A DNA stretch of 63,971 nt, counting the filler, from Circinaria calcarea (taxonomy: Eukaryota): assembly GCA_051942165.1 (NCBI GenBank). It is 4 parts of 4 records of this genome, joined end to end, with 100 filler letters (N's around TTAATTAATTAA, not from the genome) between each part and the next. Parts side by side here need not be neighbours in the genome. Positions count along the whole stretch, not along the records: positions 33,309 to 49,860 come from JAVECS010000318.1; 3 more parts are not named here. One strand, 5' to 3'. The notes below the pieces were generated by a model. The model was not told the origin of the DNA and ran no database searches. It saw only the letters and a program-made list of their open reading frames with translations. Each line of letters opens with the position of its first letter. Position 1 is the stretch's first letter. Below, piece by piece: positions 33,611 to 46,494 of the stretch. The position numbers and the translations under genes are program-made.

Positions 33611-34447
33611 TCAAACCCTCGCCGCGCCGATAACAGGCCCACCTGGAACCGCCTGCACTAAGATCGCCGCCTCCAAACCGTCCTTGCCCTTCTTCGGAAG
33701 CGAAAACGTCTGCGATCCGCCGCGCCAGCTGCCCAGCTGTGTCACATCCTTGACGACATTCCGGTGGGGGATATTCCTGCCTGCGTTTTCCCCGCGAGGG
33801 ATCGAGACATTGTGAGTGCGGGGATCGTAGCGGACCATCTGCACGAGCCCCCCTTGAGAACCGTTAACGGTAACCTGATCGGCAGAAACTTTGACGATGA
33901 CGTTTGTAGGGGTAACCTCGGTGCCCTTTTTGATGAGGGAGTCGAGGTCTTTGGAGTTGGAGCCGACGCCGTCGACGCGGCCGTTGACGATGCACTGGGG
34001 CGTGTAGGCGCTACGCTTCTTGAGCGCACGTACGTACTGACGCTGGCGGTCGTCGTGGGCGGAGCGGCCAAAGGTGTCGGTCCAGCCGAGGTGGTCCCAG
34101 TAGGTGACTTCGTAGGTGAGGATGAGGAGGTTGGGGTCCGAGTCGATGAGGCGGAGGACGTTGGTGTTGGCGGGCGGGCAAGAGGAGCAGCCTTGGCTTT
34201 GGAAGAGCTCGAGGACGGTGAGCGGTTGGATGGTGGCAGAGGCCATCATTTTGTCGTCGTCCATGCTCATTGTGTTGTTGTCTGCGTTCATCATTGGGGC
34301 GTCGCCGCCGCTCCGGGGGACTTCCATGCTGGAGGGTTGGGTCGAGGTCATGGAGTCGCCGGACATGGAGGTGCTGTCGGACATGGATTTCTCGGACATG
34401 GAGGTTTTGGAGCTGTGCTTGCGGAAGGACTTGAAGATATTCTTCAT
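33611..34447 (-). CDS. DUF1223 thioredoxin-like protein with Met/Ser-rich N-terminal extension (intronless, 278 aa)
   Basis: VLELFQSQGCSSCPPA, VTYWDHLGWTDTF, YTPQCIVNG and V.I.RGENAGR.I.H.NVV are DUF1223 signatures. Confidence 0.88.
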   Translation of the reverse strand: MKNIFKSFRKHSSKTSMSEKSMSDSTSMSGDSMTSTQPSSMEVPRSGGDAPMMNADNNTMSMDDDKMMASATIQPLTVLELFQSQGCSSCPPANTNVLRLIDSDPNLLILTYEVTYWDHLGWTDTFGRSAHDDRQRQYVRALKKRSAYTPQCIVNGRVDGVGSNSKDLDSLIKKGTEVTPTNVIVKVSADQVTVNGSQGGLVQMVRYDPRTHNVSIPRGENAGRNIPHRNVVKDVTQLGSWRGGSQTFSLPKKGKDGLEAAILVQAVPGGPVIGAARV

Positions 34448-36561
34448 GGTGGCGGTAGTGGGAAGGGTTAGGAGGTTAGTGTTTGGTAGGTAGGGAGTTA
34501 GTCGACAGAGTTGATGACGAAGGAAGAAGTATATATCCCAGAGGCATCTGGAATTGGGTTTTGGATTTTTAGATCATTTGGAATTCACTGTAACGTGGAG
34601 AAGTAACTCAAATCAATAGACGAGGTACCTCAGCATCACCACATAAGACGCAAACTAGGGCGGTCAATGCATAAAGTACTACAGATTCCATCCATCATTT
34701 GGAAATCCATTCGTTCAGTATTTGAATTTGAGAAGAGTGGTGATATACAGGTAAGAGAGAGCGAGAGAGAGAAAACGCTGCGCCGTGTCAGTATGTGGAA
34801 TCGTGGCAGTGGGACATCAAGGTGACTGCATCAAACGACCCTAAGTGTCCATGAATCACATCCAGAAAGACGAGACCTGCCATTTCCCCCCCCTTCCGTA
34901 TGAGGAGTAAATATAATGGGCTTGAAGGAACACAGGCAGGAGGCCGGTGTAGAGAATGCTCTTGCCAACGAGAGGCAGTTGGTTGTGAGAAGCGCCCATT
35001 TATGGTACCGTGCTAAATCGCTTGCATCGCGTAGCCCAAATCTTCCACGGCTTTTCTAATATCCCATAACCGTTCATTCTATTATAATACGATAGGTCCC
35101 TTGTTCATGATGTACTCCAGCTCCCTCGTTTTGACTACAGACGTGGGAGAATTCAGTCTCACGCCATCGAGGAAGTGGTTAGCGGCAAACACTATGATCC
35201 GAATCTCATCGAGAAATTAATGCTCTGCCTCTCCAGCATACAACTGTAATGTATCAGAGCTCGACTCCGCCCGTGGACATCAACATATCCAAGGTATGCG
35301 GTAAAGTATAATGGTATTGGGCTGTGTTTCTCTCGCAGTCTTCGTCTGGGTTGCTCGCCTTGAATCCCACCCAAGATCCCAAGCAAAAATCAACTGTGAT
35401 CCAGAATCGCAAAACGCTGCCACGCTGGCTGAGGGAGATCCGTGTCCACCTTTCATCTTGAAACTAGAACGTTTCTGCTTCTTTGTCTCTGTCCAAAGAA
35501 GCGCCTGAAAACGATTCGACAATAGCACGAATATGCATGAACGTTATTTGAGGATCCAAACTGGCGGCGTTTGCCCATTGGAGAAAGTCGCACAGCACCA
35601 GCGACTTAAGTTCGACATGGAGCAGCTTGGATTCGACGTATAGCGACACCGGAACGGTGGTGGAGTTCTTGAGAACCCGATGTGTTCATGGCCCAAAGTG
35701 CATTAGCTGATAGCCAGGGTACTATTGCTCCGAGTTCTTGTTGGCTGACATAGGGCAAACGTCTAAGAGAAAAGACTGACTTGGACGTTATCATGGAAGC
35801 AGTTAATAATAGAATAGGGCTCTACAAATGATTCCATTTTGTTTGCGATCCCACCGCCCAGCCACGGGACGACTGCCTTTTATGGCGATCATGGTAACGA
35901 ATGCTCTCCTCCTATGCTATCTTTTGTCAATGTTACTTGCCCTTTGGTGTTGCGGTTACAGTACCTTGTGTGACCACCGGAATGGAGTGGTCACACTCTA
36001 CTGATAGTGTACACGTTGCCGAGTACCGAAGACGTCCCTCGGCCGGTTTCTGTGTTTTCGTGGAATCATCCAAGGCACTTGTCCTGTCTCCACTCTGTCA
36101 TCACTTGATGATTGTCTGGTCGAGGCAAAAGTCGTACAAGCTCTCAAAGATCAATATATTTAGCCTTGAGGGCTTCTGACGGATAATCACATATTAAAGC
36201 TTCACGGCCACAGAGACATTCGCACTAAATATGCGTGGTAACTTTCTGTCCAATTGTCTACTATGAGGGTTCGCTTTGGTCTGGAGTATAATATAATATC
36301 ACAGGCCAGACTTGGCGCAGCCACGATGAGAAATGGCTTCCCGCAACGCCAATCCTTTTCCCTTTCAGCTCTCTACAGCCTGGTGCAGCTCTCATGTTGC
36401 CGGTTGGTTCTGCTTTGAACTTAACGTAGTCAACAAGGCTGCAAGACTTCACTCTATCAGCCTCGCCGGGTCTCATTGTTTCCATATATTAGTTATCCTC
36501 TCCCGCCTTCATTTCGTCTTAAGCTCATCTAACTAACTCTAGACGTTGTTGACCTATCGCC

Positions 36562-37956
36562 ATGGGTGGCCTTTGTGCTAGCTCAAGCTCCCCAAACTGC
36601 TCTGCCAATTACACCACTATTCAGCCTGATCCAGACATTGGCGGGACTGGTGCGTTAATCTCGTTTCTCTATTCGGTAATTACGTTTCTTTCTGTCGCTT
36701 CTCGATATTGCTATCAATTGTTCCCTGAGGCTTCACATGAAGCAGCAAGCCTCACCGCCTCAATACGAATTCCGCGATGAGCACTCCTCCGCCAGGTACC
36801 AGACAGATCCGGAAGTTGTTTCGTCAACCTATCTAAATAAGTGCCGACAGAAGGGAGTACTGGCTTACGATTATTGAACGCTTTCTTCTTGTAATGGCCG
36901 ACCAGCAGTTGATCACAGGTACATCGTTGTTTGGTTGCAGAATTTATCAAGTGTGACAATGCCGTATATCATTTCACAATCGTGACGGATCTGGGCTGTT
37001 CTCTCCACTAGCACGCATCTGAATGCTATGCCCATCATCAGTCGCTATCTTCGGGAGTACACCGCCGCTCGTTTATGGAGGGTCGTCGTTATCTAATAAC
37101 GTCTCTTCTTTTAATGACATCGTTGGCCCTTGAGAGTAACAATTCCTAGCATGATAACCTTCAGTGACCGGCTCGCTATCTTTTTAAGAACATGTATAGG
37201 AACGTTACGTATTCTTTGTCCGCAACCTGGTTAGCTCTGAACTTCGGCTTTACTACCTGGGCTTACGCCACAACGATTATACCACTCTTTCCCTCATTCT
37301 TTTTTAGCTATTAGAGATGGATGGAAGCTTCTCCTCAAAGGAGTCAAGCTGTCCGTGATGTCTAGGATCAGTAACACAAAAAGCATTCAAGGCCCAGGAT
37401 TATAGTCATAAGAGTTCTCCGCACACTTGCCTATGGAAGCCTATTTGGCTCCTACTTCAACGTAACCTGGTTTACCCGGTCTTTGGCGGGTCTTGTTACT
37501 GACAGAGCCTGAGGGGAACGGTATATGAGCAGCAGTGACGCCGGTATTCAGTCTTCCTGGGGGTTCGGACAACTTGTTCCTGTTGTCTTAATCTCTTTGC
37601 GAATCCTTACTGCATTTGAGATCTTCTATGGTATGTAAAATCTAGCAGTCTACTCAAATACAAACTCATTCAACTGCTTACTACATATGGGAAATAGAGA
37701 AGAAACTAAGGAGTTCACAGCTCGCAAGAAGTCAAGAGTAGCTTCATCCATTTTAGGAGTTGGACAAGCTACTAATCGGAAAAGCAACAATATTGAAGTT
37801 ATAGAGCTCAGTCCGCAGCAACCAGATTCGACTAATACACACAGCCTAGAAATCAGCCAGCAACATTCCGAGGTCGTTAATACCCTAGATAATACTGATC
37901 ACAGAACCCCTGAAGCTAGCGAGCAGAACTTGGAACCTCCGCTACGTGCTAGGTAG
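36562..37956 (+). pseudogene. Degenerate multi-pass membrane protein gene
   Basis: Family motifs PDPDIGGTG, DQQLITG, YHFTIVTDL and WGFGQLVPVVL lie in order but are interrupted by several in-frame stops (e.g. TAATAA near 37094, TAG near 37147). Confidence 0.65.
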
Positions 37957-38783
37957 ATACAGAAATGAGCATGGGCATGGAGTCAATAATCACACCGCAA
38001 TCTCCCAGGACGAGGCGAAGTCACCGGCTCTAGCTATTCGTTACACCATGATGAGAGGGCCAAGCTCGAACGTTGAGCATCGCTGACCTGCTGAAGAGAC
38101 ACCACTTCAACCTTCTCTGATGGGGACTTGGACAGTTCGGTTGGCTGCATCTGACAGTGGTCCCAATCATTAGAGAAACCACTGGCCCCGATATATGCAG
38201 ATCTGGTACCTGTTCGGATTGAATCAGTAGATCAAGTTCACCCTTTGGTAGCAGCGTCGGACAAACACCTGTCCCTGGGTTGTATTCTGCATATTTGGTT
38301 GTGGAAAAATGGATAGTTCCACGTGAACAACGGTTCTTGGCTAATTATTCAGCTCCTAACCCGCATCAGCAAAATATCGGTGCGACATATTGCCTAACTA
38401 TCAAACTGGATGGGAATCGGGTATGACTATGGAATGTGTCATACAATCACTCCTACATGCTACGTTGCAGAATCAAGCCTATTTGAGCCAACCCCTCACA
38501 ACTGACCCAGATGACCTCTAGCATATGGTTATTGGATACGCAGCTTGTTAAAAAGTTAATCTCTGAATACACTCTGGCTCGCTTGAGTTGAAATCGATAA
38601 TCCCGATGAAACATGTATAACGCATATACGCGACAGCCTCCCCAATTCCAACCCCTGATCCGTCCAGTGGTTTATAAAGAGCTGTGGTGTTATCGGAGCT
38701 GTCCGCCATCGTTGATCTCGTCATCTTTTATATACGGTTCCTTACACCCTCGTTGATAATCCCCGGCTTGCGGTCTTCCAATC

Positions 38784-39496
38784 ATGCGATCAACTCTCCT
38801 ATCTTGCATCGCGCTGGCTCTATCCCCTTCTGTCTTTAGCTTTGTGTTGCCCAATAGCATCTCATCGAGAGAACCGGCCCCAGCTGGGATTAGCAAGAAC
38901 CTACCGGGAACCCTAGGGGACCATCCCCCAACATCGTTTTCAGACCGTTTCGAAAATTCTCCAGATGCCATAGTAGGAAGGTAAGGATCCACACTCTTTC
39001 ACTTCCCTGCCCTACCCTAGATCATCATCGCAGGAAAAACAGAGCAAGATACACTAACCCTACCCACAGCCTCCCCACGCCTCCATCCCACCCTCGCCTT
39101 CGCCGTTCCTCCTTTTCTCCTCTTCAACCCCGCGCCAGCGTGAATACCGGCACCTGGCTTACCTCTACCAAAACAATCACCGTCAAGGTCATCGTCGCCC
39201 GTACCATTCTCGGCCCAATCATCCCCTCCCTCCTCCTCGAAGTCTATGGCGTCGTGCACGACACCATCGCCCACATGAACGACGGCATCATCAAACCCGG
39301 CGGGTTTCGGTGGACCAGCATGTACAACGGGAGGGCGCTGCACGTGCACAATTCGAACGGCGGGAAGCTGATGTGGGGGACCTTGGAGGCGGCGTTGCAG
39401 GCGACGTATTGGGTTATGAGTACGCATGAGTGGGGAACGGCGATGATTACGATTTTCGAGGAGGGGACGGAGGTGGCGAAGGCTATAATTGTGTAA
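38784..39496 (+). CDS. Secreted protein of unknown function, 207 aa; exons 38784-38980, 39070-39496
   Basis: Signal peptide MRSTLLSCIALALSPSVFS. The intron GTAAGG...CTAAC...CACAG joins in frame to the ORF ending LMWGTLEAALQATYWVM...VAKAIIV. Confidence 0.7.
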
Positions 39497-40264
39497 AGGG
39501 GGGGGGTTTTTGGGGTTTGGATTGTGGTTCTCGGTACATCTTCTAGGAGTTTTTTAAAAGGTGCATGTGATATAGTAGGGAGGAAGCCCGCGCGCCCCCC
39601 GGGGTTCGCGAAAATATCCGACGGGGAAAAAGTTTTCGGTAAAAGGAAAACCAAAAAAAAAATTCAAAGATTGGTTATTATTACGGTGGTAGGAAATAGA
39701 TGAAACTTTTTGTGGCTTCGAGTTACTTAACAAACTTAAACCGGGCCCAAACCAAGAGTGCGAGTCCTTGGGCAAGAAAACGAAGTTATTTATTACCTAT
39801 TCTTCCCCTGGGGAGAAGAGAATCCTTGCAGAACATACACCTTCCGATTCCCCCCCCCGGGGGCCCCGTTTTCGGAATATCTTTTTGGTCGGTTGGGGTT
39901 TTGTTAGTTTTGTTGGTTGATTTTTGGATTTCGGATTTTTGGAAAATGTGTCACTGTGGAGGGGAAGAAGAAGGAAGAGGGAAGAAGGAATATTACAGGG
40001 TTTTTCTTCCCCCTTTCGCGGGAAATACCCCGGCCGACGCTTTGGGTTGCTTTGGTTTCTTTTTTTTGGTTTGAGAATACGTAAAGGCTGCTGGGCAGCC
40101 CTAGCCCATCATATTGGAGCAAAAGCCTTTTTGAAATCTTTTGAAAAACTAATCATCACTTCTCCTTTCCTTTCGTAGGTGTTTATCTTACATCGGGTCC
40201 CCCTTACGCCCTCACTAGCCATCTCCCCCTCCCCACCTGGCTTTCTCCCCCTTCACACGGCGTC

Positions 40265-43200
40265 TCACACATCATCCAAGCTCCTGACTCTCACTCCTCC
40301 CTTCCCCAACATCTCCTTCAATAACCCGTTCACCTCCTTCCTCCTGTTCGTCCTCGCCCTGTACCGCCTCACATCCTCCGCCTGCACCTGCTCCATCCTC
40401 TTCCTCCGCGTACGCGAAGGCGTCAGGTCCGACCCGACCGAGCTCGCAAACAGACTCCGCGAGCTCCTCGGGGTGAAGGAGGCGTTCCCCTGGAAGCTCC
40501 CCGCCGTCATTGGGGTCTTTGCTACTACTTTGATTTTCCGGGTCGAAGTGGGCGGGGTGACAAAGGGGGAGGCTTCCCTGCTGCTGTCTCGGCTTTCTCC
40601 TCCCAACGAGAAGCCCTTCAATCGCCGCATCTGGATCTCCAAGACGTCAATGTCTCCGCTCTTCTTCTCGACCATACTGGTCATCTTTAGGATCGTATTC
40701 GTCACTGCTTCCACCGTCGGCGCTTTTTGGAACCCAGAACCGTTTGTTTTGCCGTTGGCGGCATTGTGTGAAGCAAGTTTAGCTCGTAGCATTACAATGC
40801 CTTCTTCTGCTTCCGCGAGCAGTTTTTGAAATGAAGTGAAATCTTTTCGAAGATCTTGCTGGATGGATGTCTGTTCTGCTGTCAAGGGGACAGAGCGTAA
40901 TGCCTCAATCTCATCGGGATCCGACTTTGCATGGACTATGCGTTTGATGTCGTTGTGTTTTGAACGGATCCTGGAGAGGTCTTTTTGTAATTCACGGCAG
41001 CTATTGACCTTGGCTTGGACACCGTGTAGACGAGATTCTTCAAGCTGTTCCTGCAAGGAATTCTCGACGACGTCAAGGTCCTCAATCTCTACAAGACACC
41101 AGTCATCTTCGCTGTCGAGATCTTCACGCGAACGCCCACCGTCCTTGTAAAACTCTGAATGACCTTTGGTGAAGGCCTCAAGCGAGCGAGCATTCAAGCC
41201 TAGTGTATCGATCATAGAATTGATATCGCGGTACACTTTTTCAATCTGACCTGGTATGCCTGGCTTGTTGATACTACCAACATAGTCTTGGTGCGCGAGG
41301 AATGGCTCCAAGATTAGAGTTGCTTCAACCTCGCTTGCTAGCTCTTCTCGCACTTTCTCGTCCTCATGATCACTCAGCTCTTGGTCCTCTTCAGCTGCTT
41401 GCCTAGCTTTCTGAGCGGCCAGACGAGCCTGCTCTTCTCTCCGTCGTTCCTCTGCAGTGACTTGAGGGTTCTTCGTGCCAAGGGTTTGTAAAGCCCGATT
41501 TGTCGTAGTTGTCCGCTGATGGACAGGTTTTGTTGGTTGACCAGGAGCGCTGATAGATCTTGCATTTTCGGGTCTCAGCACGTCTCCAAGCACAGATGAA
41601 CGAATCGGGCTTGGCGATCTAGGACTTTCTTGAACCTTGGAAGGTGGAGGAAAAAAGGGCGCAGAAGTCTTTCCGATTTCCCCAAATAACTGCTTACCAG
41701 GCTGTTGTGGATTTTGGCGGGTAACGGTGGTGAAAAGGCCACCAAGTGGACTTTTATCTTGTGCCATTCCGAAAGAGCTCTCTGGTGTCATTTTCGGGCT
41801 TTGGTTTGACTCTGAAATTGGACTAACATCCTGAGCAACATCCACACCGCTTCCTTCATCGTCCAAGCCATCGTCATCACCATCTGCAGGAAGTGCTGGT
41901 TGTTCTACTGGTTTCTCATTGGATGACCTTGGTTTACTTTTCGAAGGTAGGAAGTCCGGAGGCAAAGGTGCATCATCTGGAGGGGTTTTCGATGCCGCTG
42001 GTGAAGAGCCTGATGAGCCACTTGGAGTATAGCTAGCCTTACTTCTTGGGTCTGGGGGTAGAGGCGCTTCGGGGATATCCTTACTAACACCACCGAAACT
42101 CTCATCTGGTTCGGGCTTAATTATGGGTGATTTCTTTTCTGGATGAGGATTCGTCGCTGGGAACGGCGTCCAATCATGAAAAGCAGCAGGGGCGCTATTC
42201 TGCACAGCGGCCGGGGTTATCTTGCTTTGAGCTTGCGTACCAAAGAGGCCCCCTGTGACTGGAGGAGCGGTGGCGGTGGAGAAGAACTTTGACGGAGCAG
42301 GGGTATCAGCAGGAGTTGTCGTCTCTTGCTCCACCGGTGAGGGTAGACTGCTCAGGTCATCGTCCTTGTCGCTAGCATTGGAAGCCATGTCCGTTTCCTT
42401 GGTTGGTGGCTGAACGGGACCTTTCTGGGCATCACCAAGTGTCCTGCTGAAAGCATCGTCAAAGAACGAGTTATTTGAATTAGCCGGCGGCTTGGAGGCG
42501 TCATCTTCAGCTGAACCGTCACCTTTGAACGACGATCCTAGGATGAAACCTCGGCCAGTACCAAAAAGTCCGCTTATGGGTTGCTCGTTTTTCTTCGGTG
42601 TCTCTCCAAAACTTGACCCGGTATCCATTGCTGAACCAAAGGAAACAGCAGGGGTGGTGTTACTGAGAACACTCCCACCATTACCTTGGGCTGCGGACGC
42701 TGCAGCAAAGCCTCCAGCTTTAGCGAATGACGCAAAACCGCCTCCTGAAACTTGGCTGGATGGGGCAGCTGGGGTATTTGAGCCAAAAGTTGGAGATTGA
42801 GCGGTACCAAAACTTGATCCAGTTCGCATACCTAATCCTCCAGATTGACCAAAAACAGCGCCGGAACCTGCGGTTGTGCTTGAAGAGGGAGCGCCCCATG
42901 GAGATTGTCGACTGCCAAGAGCCCCAGACGTACCAAACGCAGACCCTGAAGCTGCCACCCCAACAGGAGCGGAAGAGCCAAAGGCGGGCGTAATACCAAA
43001 TGTTGCTCCTCCAGCCTGCGGCGCACTAGTCGTGGGTCCCCAAGGCGATGACTTGTTTCCAATTCCAGACGGGGCCCCAAAGGTCCCACTGGCAGTACCT
43101 GGCATGCTCGGATTCCCAAAAGCGGGAACAGCAGGCTTGTTCAGCGCGCTGCCAAAAGCAGTCGTGGATGACGGGGCTCCAAAGGTGCTTTGGCCAAAAG

Positions 43201-44788
43201 CAGGAGCCTTCTGTTGCAGAGCGCTACCAAATGCCGATGCATCCGGTGCCTGCTGGGCTTGTTTTTGTGACCCACTCGTAATAGCAGTAAGACCAGGGTA
43301 TAGTGTCCCTTGCCTGATTGAATCGGCATAAACTATCCACCATGCCGCGAGTATGCCCTCGTTATTCAGAATCATCAGAGCTGGCAAAGGGGTGGATGAC
43401 GCATCCATTTCCTCTCCGGGTAACGGTCGTGGCACCGGCTCTTTGCTTGAGAGATCCAAGGCCACACCAACTGGAGATGTATTGGATGTCATGTCCTCCG
43501 TCATTGGTACCGTAGCTCGGCGCGAGTCGTTGGCCATCGTGGTTGTAGTAAATACCTTCACGATTCTCTCAGCTGCTACTTCGCTCGTTAAGGGCGCTTC
43601 TGACTTTGTAAACAATCCTATATCCTCGGATGCTGTCGACGCAACCACGATGAGGTCTTGCATATTTGGAGGGAAAGACTTTAAACGCTGGATAAATTGA
43701 TATGGAGGAGATCGATTTAATCCAAATGGTCCGCAAACCTCGGGGAATCTCTGGAATATATATGCGGCGGAATCTTTCTGGCGAGTTACGAGAGTGAAGG
43801 TAGTTGGGGGCGGCATGGATGTATCGAAGGAAGATGAGGTATGGGCCATAAGGAAGACATCATTCTCCAGCCACGATAATGCAGATACTATAAACGTCAG
43901 CAAATGAATCATCCCCGGCATGTACAATGTAACATACCGTGTTGATCGCCTTCTAGCATCAGGGGCCGTGGGATCTCTGCCTTGCCTGCGCCCTCCGGGG
44001 TCATCTGAAAGGCAGTCCCGTTCCCCAGGCCAGCAACAAGTTGTTTCCCCTTATTGCTCCAGGAGACACAGCTAACACCATCCTTCATCACCTGACCATT
44101 GGGACCGCTCAATATCTGGCGGGTTTTGAAGTTTGCCATTAGCAGTTCCCCATTTGCCGTAACCAGAGCAAAAAGCTCTGCCCTTTCGGGGGTCGGATTC
44201 GGCACCAAGGCACGTAACGAAGTTCCGTTGGTCGGCAACTCAAAGGCAGATTGTGTGGTGCCTTGCATAAGAGCTTGTACATCATATACTGCCAATCCAC
44301 CTCCGACCTCCGCAGAGATGGCCAAATAGTTTTCATCGGCAGAAAATGCAACTTGCGATACCCTTGTTCCAATCGGTATTGCAAGCTGAGGAGAATAGGG
44401 CTTGATATCACTCCCGACTTGGCCCTCTGCAGTAAATGCCTGGCGAACAGATTCTGTGCTTGCTATGATGACTGAGTCTGGTCCAGCGGCTGCCAGTAAA
44501 CCTCTGGTCGAAGCTATACTGAGCAAAGATGCCGTGGGTGGAGGCAGGGAATCTAGAGGCCAGGGTGATGGTAGTAGGCGGAGCTTCGATTCGCCTGCTA
44601 GAGACTGAAAGCCAATTGCCTATGACATGTATTAGTAAAGTCCTATTACTTTGGGGCCATGGTCGTGACCTTACCTCTGTCTGAATTTCCTCCAAGTCAG
44701 GGCCTGTCTGCGTTTGCGCATTGCTCAAGCCACCGCTGGTATTACCCCCAAACGCTGATGGCCCTGGACTACCGAAGCTGAAAGCCAT
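40265..44788 (-). CDS. NUP159: FG nucleoporin Nup159/NUP214; exons 44788-44675, 44619-43938, 43887-40265
   Basis: N-terminal beta-propeller (VSCVSWSNKGKQLVAGL), many xFG repeats, APLPPD motifs and a C-terminal coiled coil. Two GT-AG introns join in frame. Confidence 0.9.
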
Positions 44789-45947
44789 TCTCGCGCGTTC
44801 AAAATGGGGGGAGACTGTCCAGACCTCACGTCCTAGAAGCCGGTATTTATTCTTGACATGGACGGGAGTGTGATGAAGGACAATAAATGAGTGACTACGG
44901 GTGATAGTTTGTGAATTCCCTCTGAAGAGCTTGAGTGTACGATCCAGGGTATTGCTGTGCTTGTGAAACTGGTGTTTGGTGTTGACTGATGCTCGCAGGT
45001 TCTCAGAACCAATACCATTCGCGCTGGTAGGCAGCTTTCGGCCAAGAGAAAAAAAAACCTACGTGTATCCACGCGTAACAAGGCGACGTCTTGGTTTACC
45101 CCTGGTGATAGGTGAGGAGGCCCAATGTTGGAAGGATTCCCCACAAACTTAGGGGCTATAGTATGGTAAGGTGGGGAACATCCCTGAGGGGCGCTGCCAT
45201 AAAACCCCCTGCGATGAAACACATGTTCCCTCCTCCAACAACTCCACCACCAACAGTTTATGATTTAGAAGGTCTAAATTTTAGAGTCCAAGGGTAGAGA
45301 CTTAGATTCTGAAGCCCGTTCCTTATAACACGAAGGTTACTTTTCCAGTCTCTGGAATAGGCGTTTTATTACAATATTGTGGAACCAGAGGTCTGGCAAA
45401 GCCAGTTCAAGAAGTGCATGTTCATCGTTGGCTGCCTTGATCAACACCGTCAATCACGGGACTGTTGAAACATCTATCCACACTTGGGGAACCAAAGTAT
45501 ATGTAGACTACGACAATGCTTTTATCTTTTGCCGCCAAACTGTACTTGATGCCACATGTTCCAGTTCCAGATTACAGGACCATCTGAGTCCTAGAGCAGC
45601 GCACGACACGTTTTGTCTACCCATCAGAGGCTGCGTGAAGCATACGACGCTTTGTAGGCCCAAACCGCCCGTATCAGCCGGCTTTCCCATAGGAATGCAT
45701 CTTGGCCTGAAATAGGAGTGTCAGCTATGAGACCTTCACCTGCCAGCAGTCTCTGAGAGGGAGATTGGAAGCCCTCGTGAGGCTTATAAGGGATGACCAG
45801 CCTGACAGAGTAGGGGAAAAGGTATCAAGTTAAGATTAACCGATGACAGGGCTCGGTCCGAATTCGGTCCGCAATACAAAGCAATGCGGGACTGAAGGCG
45901 AGATTGATAACATAATATACATCAATAGCAGATTTATTGATCATCAA

Positions 45948-46036
45948 GGTCTTGTGGTCTAGTGGTATGATTCTCGCTTAGGGTGCACCCTTTGCTAAGT
46001 TGCGAGAGGCCCCGCGTTCGAATCGCGGCAAGACCC
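45948..46036 (+). tRNA. tRNA-Pro(AGG) with a 17-nt intron (45984-46000)
   Basis: Acceptor stem GGTCTTG/CAAGACC, D-arm TGGTCTAGTGGTATGA, anticodon stem CTCGC/GCGAG with AGG at 45980-45982, T-loop GTTCGAATC, and a T7 Pol III terminator at 46038. Confidence 0.95.
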
Positions 46037-46494
46037 CTTTTTTTGCTTTTTCAGACTGAAATTCTCGGCCGCTGTCGCTTAGTCTTTCTTTCTTCTTTCC
46101 TTTTTTGGCGATAGACGATAGATGATAATAGTACGCACACATACACTATAAAGAGCGAATAGTTCGATACTTTGAAGATTATTTAGCTCGTTCTAATCGA
46201 GCTCGGGCGATACGGAGTACGGAGTAGATTTCTTCCTTTTTTTCCTGCCAAGACTTTTCAGTTCGCGTATCTGGAAGCTTGACGCCAGCCAACCTTTTTG
46301 GAGCTAAGGCATCTACATACTCGTAACCACAACCTCGCAGCTACAGTTCCAATCAACCAGCTTTTGTTTAAACTTGACGTTTAATGAAAAAGCCTAGAAG
46401 CCGTTAGATTTGATCTCCTACCTTTTCGTCGGCGCCTCAAGACCTCTTCCCAACCCCATCCAAACACCTTCCTACTCACGCCCAACCCGCCGCC

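Noticed and set aside
33764..34493. Long plus-strand ORFs (235 and 125 aa)
   Set aside because: Antisense shadows of the GC-rich DUF1223 gene.
39500..40180. Homopolymer-rich stretch with ATATCCG/CGGAT-like motifs (similar texture near 31050-31300 and 50270-50600)
   Set aside because: No definable ends or alignable copies; low-complexity intergenic or low-quality sequence.
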